64,000 nt of DNA from an uncultured Clostridium sp. (lineage in GTDB: Bacteria > Bacillota > Clostridia > Oscillospirales > CAG-272), in NCBI GenBank assembly GCA_964427175.1, contig CAYRTP010000001.1, positions 7,836 to 71,835 on the forward strand, given 5' to 3'. The position numbers and the translations under genes were made by a program. Numbering within the stretch: the first letter of the stretch is position 1; each line of letters begins with the position of its first letter. This document shows, one piece after another, positions 51,246 through 60,031 of this stretch. The notes under the pieces were generated by a model. It was not told the origin of the DNA. It ran no database searches and saw only the letters and a program-made list of their open reading frames with translations.

Positions 51246-51304
51246 ATATATGTGTCTATACACCCTTCCCCGATTTTGAAATCAAACCGAAAGGATGTAC
51301 GAAA

Positions 51305-52177
51305 ATGCCTGCATGGTTACAGAACACCTGGACGACGCTTTACGGATCCATCTCCCACGTCGTCATATCTTCCTTCCCCTGGATCAATCTGATGGTCATC
51401 ATCCTGGCGGGATGCCTTGGCACCCTGCTCTGCGGTAAGCTCCGAGCGGCCGCCAAGGATGCCTTGCTCCGTGCTTTGGGCGTGTTTGTTGCCCTGATGG
51501 GAGCCTCTCAGCTTTGGAATAACTTTTTCGTCCTGCAGACAGGCCAGTTTGAGACTACGGGAACCTTCCTGGTGGTGGTATCCCTGTTGATCGGCTACGC
51601 GCTGGGACGAGCCTTTTCCCTGGACCTGGCCCTCGGACGGCTGGGAACCTGGATCTTCAGCCGATTCGTCAAGGAGTCCACCGAAAGAAAGCTGGCCGTA
51701 GCCCGTGCCGTTTCCCAGGGCCTGCCCATTCCCGAGCCCAAGCCCTCCACCATACCCTCTGCCGAGGGCTTCATGCTGGCGACCATGATCGCCGCATTCG
51801 GCTCCCCCACCATTCGCGGTACCCTGGATTGTCAGATGACCGAAGATGCCCTCCCCATGCTGGTGACCCTGGGCTTCCACGCGGTGGTGTTCTTCCTGCT
51901 GACCGCTCTGTTCAGCTCCAACGCGGTCTTTGCGGCCATCCCCGTCCTGGCGGTGGAGGGGCTGTTGCTGTTGGCCAACACCCTGTGGGGAAATCTGCTC
52001 ACCCACACCCTGGTCAACCAGTTCTGCCTGATCGGCGCGGTGATCCTCATTGCCACGGGCCTGTGGATGGGTCTGGGCAAGCGTGTCCGCACCGCCCATC
52101 TGATCCCCGCCTATCTGATCCCCGTGATCTACGGGCTGGCCATGCTTTTGGTCAACAAGCTGATCGAGAAGGCCTGA
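51305..52177 (+). CDS. DUF554-like membrane protein
   Basis: 290-aa polytopic ORF. The N-terminal INLMVIILAGCLGTLLCGKL...LGVFVALMG pattern is typical of the family. Confidence 0.6.
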   Translation: MPAWLQNTWTTLYGSISHVVISSFPWINLMVIILAGCLGTLLCGKLRAAAKDALLRALGVFVALMGASQLWNNFFVLQTGQFETTGTFLVVVSLLIGYALGRAFSLDLALGRLGTWIFSRFVKESTERKLAVARAVSQGLPIPEPKPSTIPSAEGFMLATMIAAFGSPTIRGTLDCQMTEDALPMLVTLGFHAVVFFLLTALFSSNAVFAAIPVLAVEGLLLLANTLWGNLLTHTLVNQFCLIGAVILIATGLWMGLGKRVRTAHLIPAYLIPVIYGLAMLLVNKLIEKA

Positions 52178-52262
52178 AAAATGTCTGTTTGAGTCTCCGA
52201 CTCCCTTTTTCGCGTGCCCTTGGCACGTCATATTCTATTTCTCTTTTTGGAGGTAAAAAAAC

Positions 52263-53459
52263 ATGGCAAAAGGAAAGCATTCCTATGCAAAGCAACGCAG
52301 AGCCGAGCAGGCTGAGATCAACCGCCGCAAGAAAAGCGGCTTCCGCGGCAAGCTCCGCGCCATGCCCAAGCGGTATTTCATCGACGCGATGGGTGCTATG
52401 GCTCTGGGTCTGTTCGCGTCCCTGCTGATCGGCACCATTTTCGACACCCTGGGGAACTACATCCCCCTGGCCATGCTCAAGACCATCGCTACCTACGCCA
52501 AGAGCGCTACGGGTATGGCCATCGGCGTAGCCATCGCTCACAAGTTGGGTGCCCATCCCCTGGTGATGTTCTCCTGCGCGGGCGTGGGCGCTTTGGGTAA
52601 CGCCCTGGGCGCGGTGATTCTGGACAACCGTCTTATCGCGTGGGCAGTCACTTCCAAGGGTGACGTAGCCGAGAGCATTTTCTACAGCGCAGGCCCTGCG
52701 GGAGCCTTCTTCGCGGTCATTATTGCCGCCGAGGTGGGTATGCTGGTCTCCAAGAAGACCCCTGTGGACATCCTGGTAACCCCCGTAGTGACCCTGCTGG
52801 CGGGCTTTGTCGGGGCGTGGATCTTCTGCCCCGTTGTCTCCTACATCATGTATTTCCTGGGCATTTTCATTGCTTCCACCACCACCTTGTATCCCCTGTT
52901 CATGGGTATCATCGTGTCTGTTGTGGTGGGCATCATTCTGACCCTGCCCATTTCCAGCGCGGCCATCTGCGCCATGATCTTCTCCCCCGCGGCCATTGAG
53001 GTAGCCACTCAGAACGGCAACCTGGAGGGCCTGCTCCTGGCAGGCGGTGCGGCCGCCGTAGGCTGTTGCGCCCAGATGGTAGGCTTTGCGATTTCCAGCT
53101 TCCGTGAGAACAAGTGGGGCGGCCTGGTATCCCAGGGCTTGGGTACCTCCATGCTTCAGATGGGCAACATCTGCCGCCGTCCCCAGATCTGGATCCCCCC
53201 CACACTGGCCGCCGCCATCATCGGTCCTCTGTCCACTATGGTTTTCAAGCTGGAGTGCACAGGCGTAGCCGCCGGCATGGGTACCTGCGGTATGGTCGGA
53301 CCCATCGGCGTGATCTCCTCCACCGAGCACACCCCCCTCATGTGGGTTGGCCTGGTGCTCTGCTGTATCCTCCTCCCCGCCGTCCTGTCCCTGCTGTTCT
53401 CCGAGATCATGCGTAAGCTGGGCTGGATCAAGGAAGGCGACATGAAACTGGCCGAGTAA
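52263..53459 (+). CDS. PTS EIIC_2-like membrane protein
   Basis: 398 aa. Basic N-terminus, then IDAMGAMALGLFASLLIGTIF and multiple TM helices. Confidence 0.6.
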   Translation: MAKGKHSYAKQRRAEQAEINRRKKSGFRGKLRAMPKRYFIDAMGAMALGLFASLLIGTIFDTLGNYIPLAMLKTIATYAKSATGMAIGVAIAHKLGAHPLVMFSCAGVGALGNALGAVILDNRLIAWAVTSKGDVAESIFYSAGPAGAFFAVIIAAEVGMLVSKKTPVDILVTPVVTLLAGFVGAWIFCPVVSYIMYFLGIFIASTTTLYPLFMGIIVSVVVGIILTLPISSAAICAMIFSPAAIEVATQNGNLEGLLLAGGAAAVGCCAQMVGFAISSFRENKWGGLVSQGLGTSMLQMGNICRRPQIWIPPTLAAAIIGPLSTMVFKLECTGVAAGMGTCGMVGPIGVISSTEHTPLMWVGLVLCCILLPAVLSLLFSEIMRKLGWIKEGDMKLAE

Positions 53460-53637
53460 GAGGGGAGGGAACGAGGGGCTCTGCCCCTGGCCCCCGCTTA
53501 GAACCTTTCTTGAAAGAAAGGTTCTAAGGACTCCCAAGAACTTCAATAGGGGTGTTCGATACCTGGGGTGTACCCCTCCCCTACGGCACATTTTTCGTAG
53601 TACGCAAGGTTAGCGGTTATCGAACAAGCCCTAATAT

Positions 53638-53683
53638 AAAAACACGCAGACCGCGGAGCTCTCCGTCTGTCTGCGTGTTTTTA
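53638..53683. terminator. Bidirectional terminator
   Basis: AACACGCAGAC (53641-53651) / GTCTGCGTGTT (53669-53679) with flanking A and T runs. Confidence 0.65.
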
Positions 53684-53707
53684 TGTGGGCGGATCAAAAA
53701 TCCTGCG

Positions 53708-53941
53708 TCAAGCCGAGACGGGATAAGGGGAAGCGTCTCCGAGGAGAAGCTCCTCCAGGCCGATGTCCAACAGGGCCGCCAGATCGTCCAGGAAGACCAG
53801 ATCGGGACAGGCCAGACCGCGCTCCCATTTGGAGACGGCCTGGGGGGAGACCCCCATGTGGACAGCGACTTGCCCCTGTGTCAGCCCGCGCGCCCGCCGC
53901 CGATTGGCAATGCGGGAGCCCAACTGTTCGGGATGGATCAT
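53708..53941 (-). CDS. XRE-family HTH regulator
   Basis: 77 aa from the ATG at 53941. HTH LTQGQVAVHMGVSPQAVSKWERG. The longer 156-aa ORF extension looks non-coding. Confidence 0.8.
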   Translation of the reverse strand: MIHPEQLGSRIANRRRARGLTQGQVAVHMGVSPQAVSKWERGLACPDLVFLDDLAALLDIGLEELLLGDASPYPVSA

Positions 53942-54297
53942 GTAGCACGTAACTCCTTTGTAACCAAGCTGGGTGGGCCGCGATGATATGTCGGCCACCG
54001 TTTCGTGCGGGTTTTGAGGATCAGCGGCCCTGATGGAGAGCCGATAGCCCCGCCCTACCCCGCGTTGGCAGGGAAGGGCAGGGTCGGATGTGCTATGATT
54101 CCGTCGTGATTGATGATTGCTTTTGGCAGCATCCTCCGCGGGGAGATCAGCCACGCCAACCCGTGAGGCGCGGGTCACAGCATCCGAATTTTACCGAGTT
54201 AATCATAAACTCCGCCTCCTTTCTTTCTCCGACCGTCCCCGCCGACGGTGCACCCTCGTCGGTTTCGGCCTGTATTTCACATTTCTGTGATGGCTTT

Positions 54298-54326
54298 ATT
54301 ATAGCATAAGTTGGGGGATTTGTCAA
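54298..54326 (-). promoter_or_regulatory. Consensus promoter about 350 nt upstream of the XRE gene
   Basis: Minus strand: TTGACA (54326-54321), 17 nt, TATAAT (54303-54298). Confidence 0.6.
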
Positions 54327-54369
54327 TCAACCTGTGGTTTATTTGAAAAAGACGATTGGAGTCGGGAGA

Positions 54370-54398
54370 TTGACAAATTCCGACGGATGTGCTATAAT
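54370..54398 (+). promoter_or_regulatory. Consensus promoter of the 246-aa gene
   Basis: TTGACA (54370-54375), 17 nt, TATAAT (54393-54398). Confidence 0.6.
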
Positions 54399-54429
54399 AC
54401 AGTCAGATTTCAGAGAAAGGAGAGGCACC

Positions 54430-55170
54430 ATGGATGACACCACCCCGCAAGCGGATATGGCGGTTCAAGCCGAACGGTTGAAGCATCCCACATCTATCCC
54501 CGCGGATTGCACCGACGAAGAGCTGGCGCAGGCGGATTTCACCGCCCGTGACGTGCTGGTCGGTACGGTCCGGAGCGATGCCCAGCTGGATCATACTCTG
54601 ACCTCCCTTTCCTACTATACCCCCGCCCGCGCCCTGCCTGCCGAGCACCTGCCCGTTCGTATGATCGCCCTGTACGAGGAGGGGCTGACCCGCCTCCCGG
54701 GGATCAAGCGGTACGGCGAGGTGACCGAGACCCGCGTGGTGCGGCGGGAGGAGATCCCCATCCCCATGAGCCGACCGAACGGCTCCGAGGCCTACTATCT
54801 GTTCACCGTGAAGGAGTGGACCTGCCTGGATCACCCCATTGCCCTGGAGGGAACCTCCAGGGGCCGTCCCGCCTTCACCACCGAGTTCCTGCTGACCCAT
54901 GCCCGCCTGTCCTACCAGTTGGTCGCCATCCACTCCCCCGCCGAGTATCGGCTGGCTCAAGTCCTCTGCGCTCTCTGCGCCGAGGCCGCCGAACGAGGTT
55001 CTCCCGTGTTCCGACGCATCGGGGAGGGCCACGTCCTGAGCGCCGCCGAGGGGAGCCTGTCCCTGATCCACGCCCGCGGGGAAGTGCTCTACCGCTGTCC
55101 GCTGTGGAATATGAAGACCCACCCCGCCGAGGTGCTGGGAGGGATTGCTTTGCGGTTGGGGCTACGGTGA
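54430..55170 (+). CDS. Hypothetical protein (246 aa)
   Basis: ATG at 54430 after AAAGGAGAGG. No motif recognised. Confidence 0.6.
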   Translation: MDDTTPQADMAVQAERLKHPTSIPADCTDEELAQADFTARDVLVGTVRSDAQLDHTLTSLSYYTPARALPAEHLPVRMIALYEEGLTRLPGIKRYGEVTETRVVRREEIPIPMSRPNGSEAYYLFTVKEWTCLDHPIALEGTSRGRPAFTTEFLLTHARLSYQLVAIHSPAEYRLAQVLCALCAEAAERGSPVFRRIGEGHVLSAAEGSLSLIHARGEVLYRCPLWNMKTHPAEVLGGIALRLGLR

Positions 55171-55187
55171 GATTTGTGAGAATAATA

Positions 55188-55225
55188 AAACCCAGATAGA
55201 CTAATTTCATCTGTCTGGGTTTTTG
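55188..55225. terminator. Bidirectional terminator
   Basis: AAACCCAGATAGA / TCTGTCTGGGTTT stem, then TTT. Confidence 0.7.
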
Positions 55226-55249
55226 ATTTAGGGGATGGATTCGTTTGAT

Positions 55250-55996
55250 TCATGTTTTGCCTTGCTTTTTGTCCGCTCTCTCCTCCCGCCGTCCCTTTCG
55301 CCTGTTCAGAATACTCCGATATACCAGCACCCCCATTCCGCTGACCGCCGCTGTGATGATGACGAAAACTACCGCCAGGGTGTAATCCTTGGTCCCCACC
55401 GCGTCGCCGCTGAGGGTGGACAGGATGACCGAGGGGAACCGCGCCGCCGTGGTCAGGGCGATGTAGAGGGGAATGCTCATGTCGGTCAAGCCGATGGCGT
55501 AGGTGAACAGGTCCTTGGGGGTTCCGGGGATGACAAAGAGGATGAAGGTCAGGATATTCCGCTTGGGCGGGTCCCGCAGGATGGGGAGGGCATCGATCTT
55601 CTCCTTGGGGTAGAAGGCGTAGACGAAGCGGCTTCCGAAATGCCGTACCAGCAGAATGGTGGTACAGCTCCCCAGCACGAGGCCTACAAGGCAGAGCAGG
55701 GAACCGATCCAGCTCCCGAAGCAGTAGCCCGCCGCGATCTCCACGAATTCTCCGGGGATGAGAGCCACAATGACCTGCACCGCCGAGATCAGGACCATGG
55801 CAAGAGCGCCCAACAGGTAATGCTCCCCGATCTTTTCCCGCACGAAGGCGGGATCCGCCAGATAACTCCGCATGAACCACAGCCCCAGGGCGGTCAGGGC
55901 GATGAATACCGCCGATATGCCCCCCAGAATGAGGGAGGCCTTGGATTTCTTCATGGGCGGCTTGGCGGGGGGAACTTTTGAGGGAAATGGCTTCAT
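55250..55996 (-). CDS. TVP38/TMEM64 (DedA-related) family membrane protein
   Basis: 248 aa. LIPGEFVEIAAGYCFG and FVIPGTPKDLFTYAIGLT motifs. Confidence 0.75.
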   Translation of the reverse strand: MKPFPSKVPPAKPPMKKSKASLILGGISAVFIALTALGLWFMRSYLADPAFVREKIGEHYLLGALAMVLISAVQVIVALIPGEFVEIAAGYCFGSWIGSLLCLVGLVLGSCTTILLVRHFGSRFVYAFYPKEKIDALPILRDPPKRNILTFILFVIPGTPKDLFTYAIGLTDMSIPLYIALTTAARFPSVILSTLSGDAVGTKDYTLAVVFVIITAAVSGMGVLVYRSILNRRKGRREERADKKQGKT

Positions 55997-56017
55997 GGTG
56001 TGCTTCCTTTCACGGGG

Positions 56018-57130
56018 TTACGGGGTGCTCTCGGGGGTGGCGGGGACCGTGACGGGGAGGGTCACGGTGAAGGTGCTCCCCATGCCGGGTTGGCTATCCA
56101 CGCGGATGGAGCCGCCGCAGAGCACCAGGATCCGCCCCACGATGGTCAGACCGATGCCGTTGCCGTCTCCCGTATGGGAGGTGTCGCCCTGGTAGAATTT
56201 TTCGAAAATGTGCTGCTGCGTGGCCTCGTCCATACCGCATCCCGTGTCCGAAATGGTGACCACCACGCGGTTATTCTCGGTTCGCAGGGTACAGGAAACC
56301 GTCCCACTGGGGGGCGTGAACTTCACCGCGTTGCCCAGGAGGTTGACCCACACGTGGGAGAGCATGGTCTCGTTGAAGCAGTATTTCACCTCGTCCAGGT
56401 CGATATTCAGCTCGATCTCCTTGGCACTCCACTGCTTTTCCAGGAGCAGAAGGCAGGTGCGGATCTGCTCGTCCAGATAGAACTCAGTCTGTTCGGTGAC
56501 GATGGCCTGGTTTTCCAGCTTGGAGAGCAGGAGGATGTTGGTGGCCATCTTGGCCAGGCGGTCGGACTCGTCCGCGATGATGCGGATGTACTCCCGCTCC
56601 TCCTCGGGGGTCAGTCCCCCCGCCTTGAGCTGATGGGCAAAGCCCTGGATGGAGACGATGGGTGTCTTGAATTCGTGGGAAAAGTTGTTGATGAAATCCT
56701 TGCGGAACATCTCAATGCCGTCCAACTCGCGGGTCATGTGGTTGAAGGAGCGTTGCAGAATGCCGAAGTCGGATTTGGCGTCGAAGGACTCCCGAATGTG
56801 GACCTTGAAGTCCCCTTTAGCGATGCGCTCGGTGGCGGTGATCATCTCCTTCAGCGGACTCAGGATCCATTTGGTCAGAATGGCCGCCGCCGCCGTACCG
56901 ATGGCGGTACAGGCGATGAGGGTAGACGCGCTGGAGGCTACCGAGTCAAAGTTTTCGAGGCCGGGGAAGATGAGGTGGAGGAGGGCGTAGACCAGCACGA
57001 TGAAGCCTGACGTGGCCAGCATGAGGAAAAAGATGATGAGGGTCATCTCCACGCGGAAGGACTTGATCTTCATGCGTCCCCGCAAGGGCTCTCTGGTGCG
57101 GTTGCGTTGGGCGGATGTACGGAGCTTCAT
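56018..57130 (-). CDS. Sensor histidine kinase
   Basis: 370 aa. TM, then HAMP, then H-box FSHEFKTP, then N/G boxes (NLLGNAVKF, DTGCGM, GIGLTIV). Confidence 0.9.
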   Translation of the reverse strand: MKLRTSAQRNRTREPLRGRMKIKSFRVEMTLIIFFLMLATSGFIVLVYALLHLIFPGLENFDSVASSASTLIACTAIGTAAAAILTKWILSPLKEMITATERIAKGDFKVHIRESFDAKSDFGILQRSFNHMTRELDGIEMFRKDFINNFSHEFKTPIVSIQGFAHQLKAGGLTPEEEREYIRIIADESDRLAKMATNILLLSKLENQAIVTEQTEFYLDEQIRTCLLLLEKQWSAKEIELNIDLDEVKYCFNETMLSHVWVNLLGNAVKFTPPSGTVSCTLRTENNRVVVTISDTGCGMDEATQQHIFEKFYQGDTSHTGDGNGIGLTIVGRILVLCGGSIRVDSQPGMGSTFTVTLPVTVPATPESTP

Positions 57131-57819
57131 TTCAGATATACCGCCTTGTAGCCCAGGCCGCGGACCGTGATGATCTCAAAGTCCCCGTTGTCGCGGAAAC
57201 GCTCCCGCACGCGGCTGATGTGTACGTCCACGGTGCGCTCGTCGCTCTCGGATTCCATATCCCAGATCTCATCCATGAGCTGACGGCGGGTGAAGATCTT
57301 GTTGGGGTAGGACAGGAGCTTGAACAGGAGCAGGAATTCCTTCTGCGGGAGCTCCATCCCTCCGGGAGCTCCCACCGCCTCGCCGTCGGTGCGGACGGTG
57401 AGGGAGTCGTAGTAGAGCACCGTAGAGCCCACGGTCAGCTTCCGCTCGCTGACAATGCGGGAACGGCGCAGGAGGGCGGCGATCCGCAGGATCATTTCCT
57501 CCTCGTCCACGGGCTTGGTCATGTAATCGTCGGTGCCGATGATGAAGCCCCGATGCTTGTCCGCAGGGGTTTCCTTGGCGGTGACCATGAGGATGGGGAG
57601 GGTGTTGCCCCCCTCTCGCAGAATGTGGGTGAACTCATAGCCGTCCATGCGGGGCATCATGATGTCCAGAATGATGAGATCCACGTGCTTCTTTTCCAGC
57701 TGTTCCAGCGCGTCCACACCGTCGGTGGCGGGAATGGGGCTGTAGCCGTAGCGTTCCAGGACGGCGCACATGAGCCGTCTGGTATTGATGTCGTCCTCGA
57801 CGACCAGAATGTTGAACAT
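57127..57819 (-). CDS. OmpR-family response regulator
   Basis: Start MFNILVVEDD at 57819. Receiver Asp (DLIILDIMMP). Winged-helix C-terminus (VDVHISRVRERF, RGLGYK). Confidence 0.9.
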   Translation of the reverse strand: MFNILVVEDDINTRRLMCAVLERYGYSPIPATDGVDALEQLEKKHVDLIILDIMMPRMDGYEFTHILREGGNTLPILMVTAKETPADKHRGFIIGTDDYMTKPVDEEEMILRIAALLRRSRIVSERKLTVGSTVLYYDSLTVRTDGEAVGAPGGMELPQKEFLLLFKLLSYPNKIFTRRQLMDEIWDMESESDERTVDVHISRVRERFRDNGDFEIITVRGLGYKAVYLK

Positions 57820-57991
57820 AGTATATCCTTTCATGGCGCGGACGCGCCTTTGCGGTTTGAACTTGACAAATATTATACTACCAATTTGCAAACTCAATGT
57901 GAATGGTCGGGGAACATTGTTTGAAATGCTTGACAGACGGGAAAAATTGGTGTATAATGAATCCATATTTCTCTTGATAGAAGGAGCCGTT

Positions 57992-59938
57992 ATGCAAATC
58001 AATCCCTCCGCGATCCGCACCCGCCTCAAAGCCGCCTTTGACCGCGAGCGGACCATCTGCCGCGCCATCGCCTCCTGGTGCCTCTACGCCATGCTCAACC
58101 TGCTGACGCAGGATGGGAACTTCTATGACCTGGCCTTCGCCCAGGACGCTTCCACCCTGGGGATGCTTCTGTGGATCGCCCTGTTCTTCTGCGCCCTGAC
58201 GGCGGTGTCCGCCCTGCTGACCGAGTACGAGACCGACTCCTGGTTCTTGCTGGCGGGAGCGACCGTCTGCGTGGCGCGCTGGCTGGCGACTTTTGAGAAT
58301 GACATCACCTATAAGGTCACGGTTACCTCGAATAATACCATGACCATGGGCTCGGACCACTTCCTGTTCCTCCTGGCGGTCATCGTGGCCTATTCCTTCT
58401 TCCTGTTCTACTTCCTCCACCGCAACGAGCTCCTCATCGACCGTTTGAAGATACACTCCAAGGCCGCGTGGGCGGTGGTGGCCGTCCTGGGCCTGGCGGG
58501 AGGAACCGTTATTGCCGTGACCACCTGCCTGCGGTATCTGACCTTCACCGCCCCCAACTTTGATTTCGGTCTGTTCGTCAATATGTACCACAACATGACC
58601 GAAACCGGCCTGCCCATCGTCTCCAGCGAGCGTGACGTGCTCTTGTCCCACTTCGCCGTCCATCTCTCCCCCATTTACTACCTGCTGCTCCCGTTCTACG
58701 CCATTTTCCCCTCGCCCCTGACCCTGCAGATCGGCCAGGCGGTGCTGGTCGCCAGCGGCATCATCCCCGCGGTGCTCCTGGCCCGCCACCTCAAGCTCTC
58801 GGAGCGGTCGCAGATTCTGGTGGCGGTCATCTACGCCTTCTATCCCGCCACCGCCATGGGATGCTTCTACGATTTCCATGAGAACTGCTTCCTGCTCCCC
58901 CTGCTTCTGTGGCTGTTCTACTTCTTTGAGCGGGAAAAGTACATCCCCATGTATATCTTCGCCGTCCTGACCCTGCTGGTCAAGGAGGACGCGGCGGTGT
59001 ATATCATCTTCTTCGCCCTCTATATCATGCTCTCCCGCAAGAAGTACCTCCACGGTACCATCCTGGCCCTGGGCGCGGCGGCGTACTTCGTGGGCGCGCT
59101 GGTGTTCCTCAACGAGACCGCCGCCTATTGGGCCGAGTTCTACGCGGCGGATACCCCCAAGCCCTCCATCGCGGGCCCTATGGTCAACCGCTTCGATAAC
59201 CTCATCTACGACAGCGATGACGGCCTGCTGGGAGCCATCATGACCGCCCTCAAGAACCCCGGCTACCTCATCGAGCAGTTGTTCTCCACCCAACAGGCGA
59301 CCCTGGATTCCTGGTTCATCGAGCGAAGCCCCTGGGCTAAGGTGGTCTACCTGCTTCAGATGCTCCTTCCCGTGGGACTGATCCCGTTCTGTACGCGAAA
59401 ATCCTCCCGCTGGCTCCTCACCGCCCCCATCCTGCTCAACGTGCTGACCACCTATAAGTACCAGTACAGCATCAACTTCCAGTACCACTTCGGCATCACG
59501 GCCTTTCTGATGTACGCCATGATCCTCAACCTGCCCGATCTCCAGCCCGTCCCCCGCCGTCGGCTCCTGGCCTTTGGCGCGGCGGCCTGCTGTTGTATGT
59601 ATATCTTCACGGTCATGCCCAAGTATAACGCCTATATGGGCCAATGGGAAGCCAATAAGGAGGATTATCAGCGCATCGAGGAGATCCTGGACACCCTGCC
59701 CGAGGATGCCTCCCTCTGCGTCCCCTCGGCCTACCTGGCCCACGTGGCCGACCGCCGCGAGGTCTACGAGCTGGCCTACCACGCCCCCGATGCCTCCCAC
59801 ATCAAGGAGAACGACGTGGAGTACGTGGTCCTGCGCGCCAAAAACGACAATAAGTACCGCAAGATCTTCGAGTCCTGCGGCTATACTATCTGGGCAGATT
59901 ATGAGGATATTCTGATCCTGGAGCGGCCCAATTCCTAA
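57992..59938 (+). CDS. DUF2079-like polytopic membrane protein
   Basis: ATG at 57992 after AAGGAG. FDFGLFVNMYHNM...LLSHFAVHLSPIYYLLLPFYAIFPSPLTLQIGQA pattern. Confidence 0.65.
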   Translation: MQINPSAIRTRLKAAFDRERTICRAIASWCLYAMLNLLTQDGNFYDLAFAQDASTLGMLLWIALFFCALTAVSALLTEYETDSWFLLAGATVCVARWLATFENDITYKVTVTSNNTMTMGSDHFLFLLAVIVAYSFFLFYFLHRNELLIDRLKIHSKAAWAVVAVLGLAGGTVIAVTTCLRYLTFTAPNFDFGLFVNMYHNMTETGLPIVSSERDVLLSHFAVHLSPIYYLLLPFYAIFPSPLTLQIGQAVLVASGIIPAVLLARHLKLSERSQILVAVIYAFYPATAMGCFYDFHENCFLLPLLLWLFYFFEREKYIPMYIFAVLTLLVKEDAAVYIIFFALYIMLSRKKYLHGTILALGAAAYFVGALVFLNETAAYWAEFYAADTPKPSIAGPMVNRFDNLIYDSDDGLLGAIMTALKNPGYLIEQLFSTQQATLDSWFIERSPWAKVVYLLQMLLPVGLIPFCTRKSSRWLLTAPILLNVLTTYKYQYSINFQYHFGITAFLMYAMILNLPDLQPVPRRRLLAFGAAACCCMYIFTVMPKYNAYMGQWEANKEDYQRIEEILDTLPEDASLCVPSAYLAHVADRREVYELAYHAPDASHIKENDVEYVVLRAKNDNKYRKIFESCGYTIWADYEDILILERPNS

Positions 59939-59942
59939 AGAA

Positions 59943-59979
59943 AAATCCCGTCCTTGCTTTATGGCAGGGACGGGATTTT
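59943..59979. terminator. Bidirectional terminator
   Basis: AAATCCCGTCCTTGC / GCAGGGACGGGATTT stem. Confidence 0.7.
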
Positions 59980-60031
59980 ATCATTGAAATAATATGGAAA
60001 GTTTTGGCCGCCGGAGGCACGCGCTCCCCCC

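Noticed and set aside
52152-53591. 479-aa minus-strand ORF opposite the EIIC_2-like gene, with similar antisense ORFs opposite the HK/RR (56000-57924), DUF2079 (57878-59800), RsmB/F (60059-61162) and APH (62738-63592) genes
   Set aside because: All are mirror frames of confidently assigned genes and have G/H/R/D-rich low-complexity translations.
53942-54178. 79-aa N-terminal extension of the XRE gene (156-aa ORF)
   Set aside because: The extension is an R/S/P-rich sequence without an RBS. An HTH domain of normal length starts at the internal ATG at 53941.
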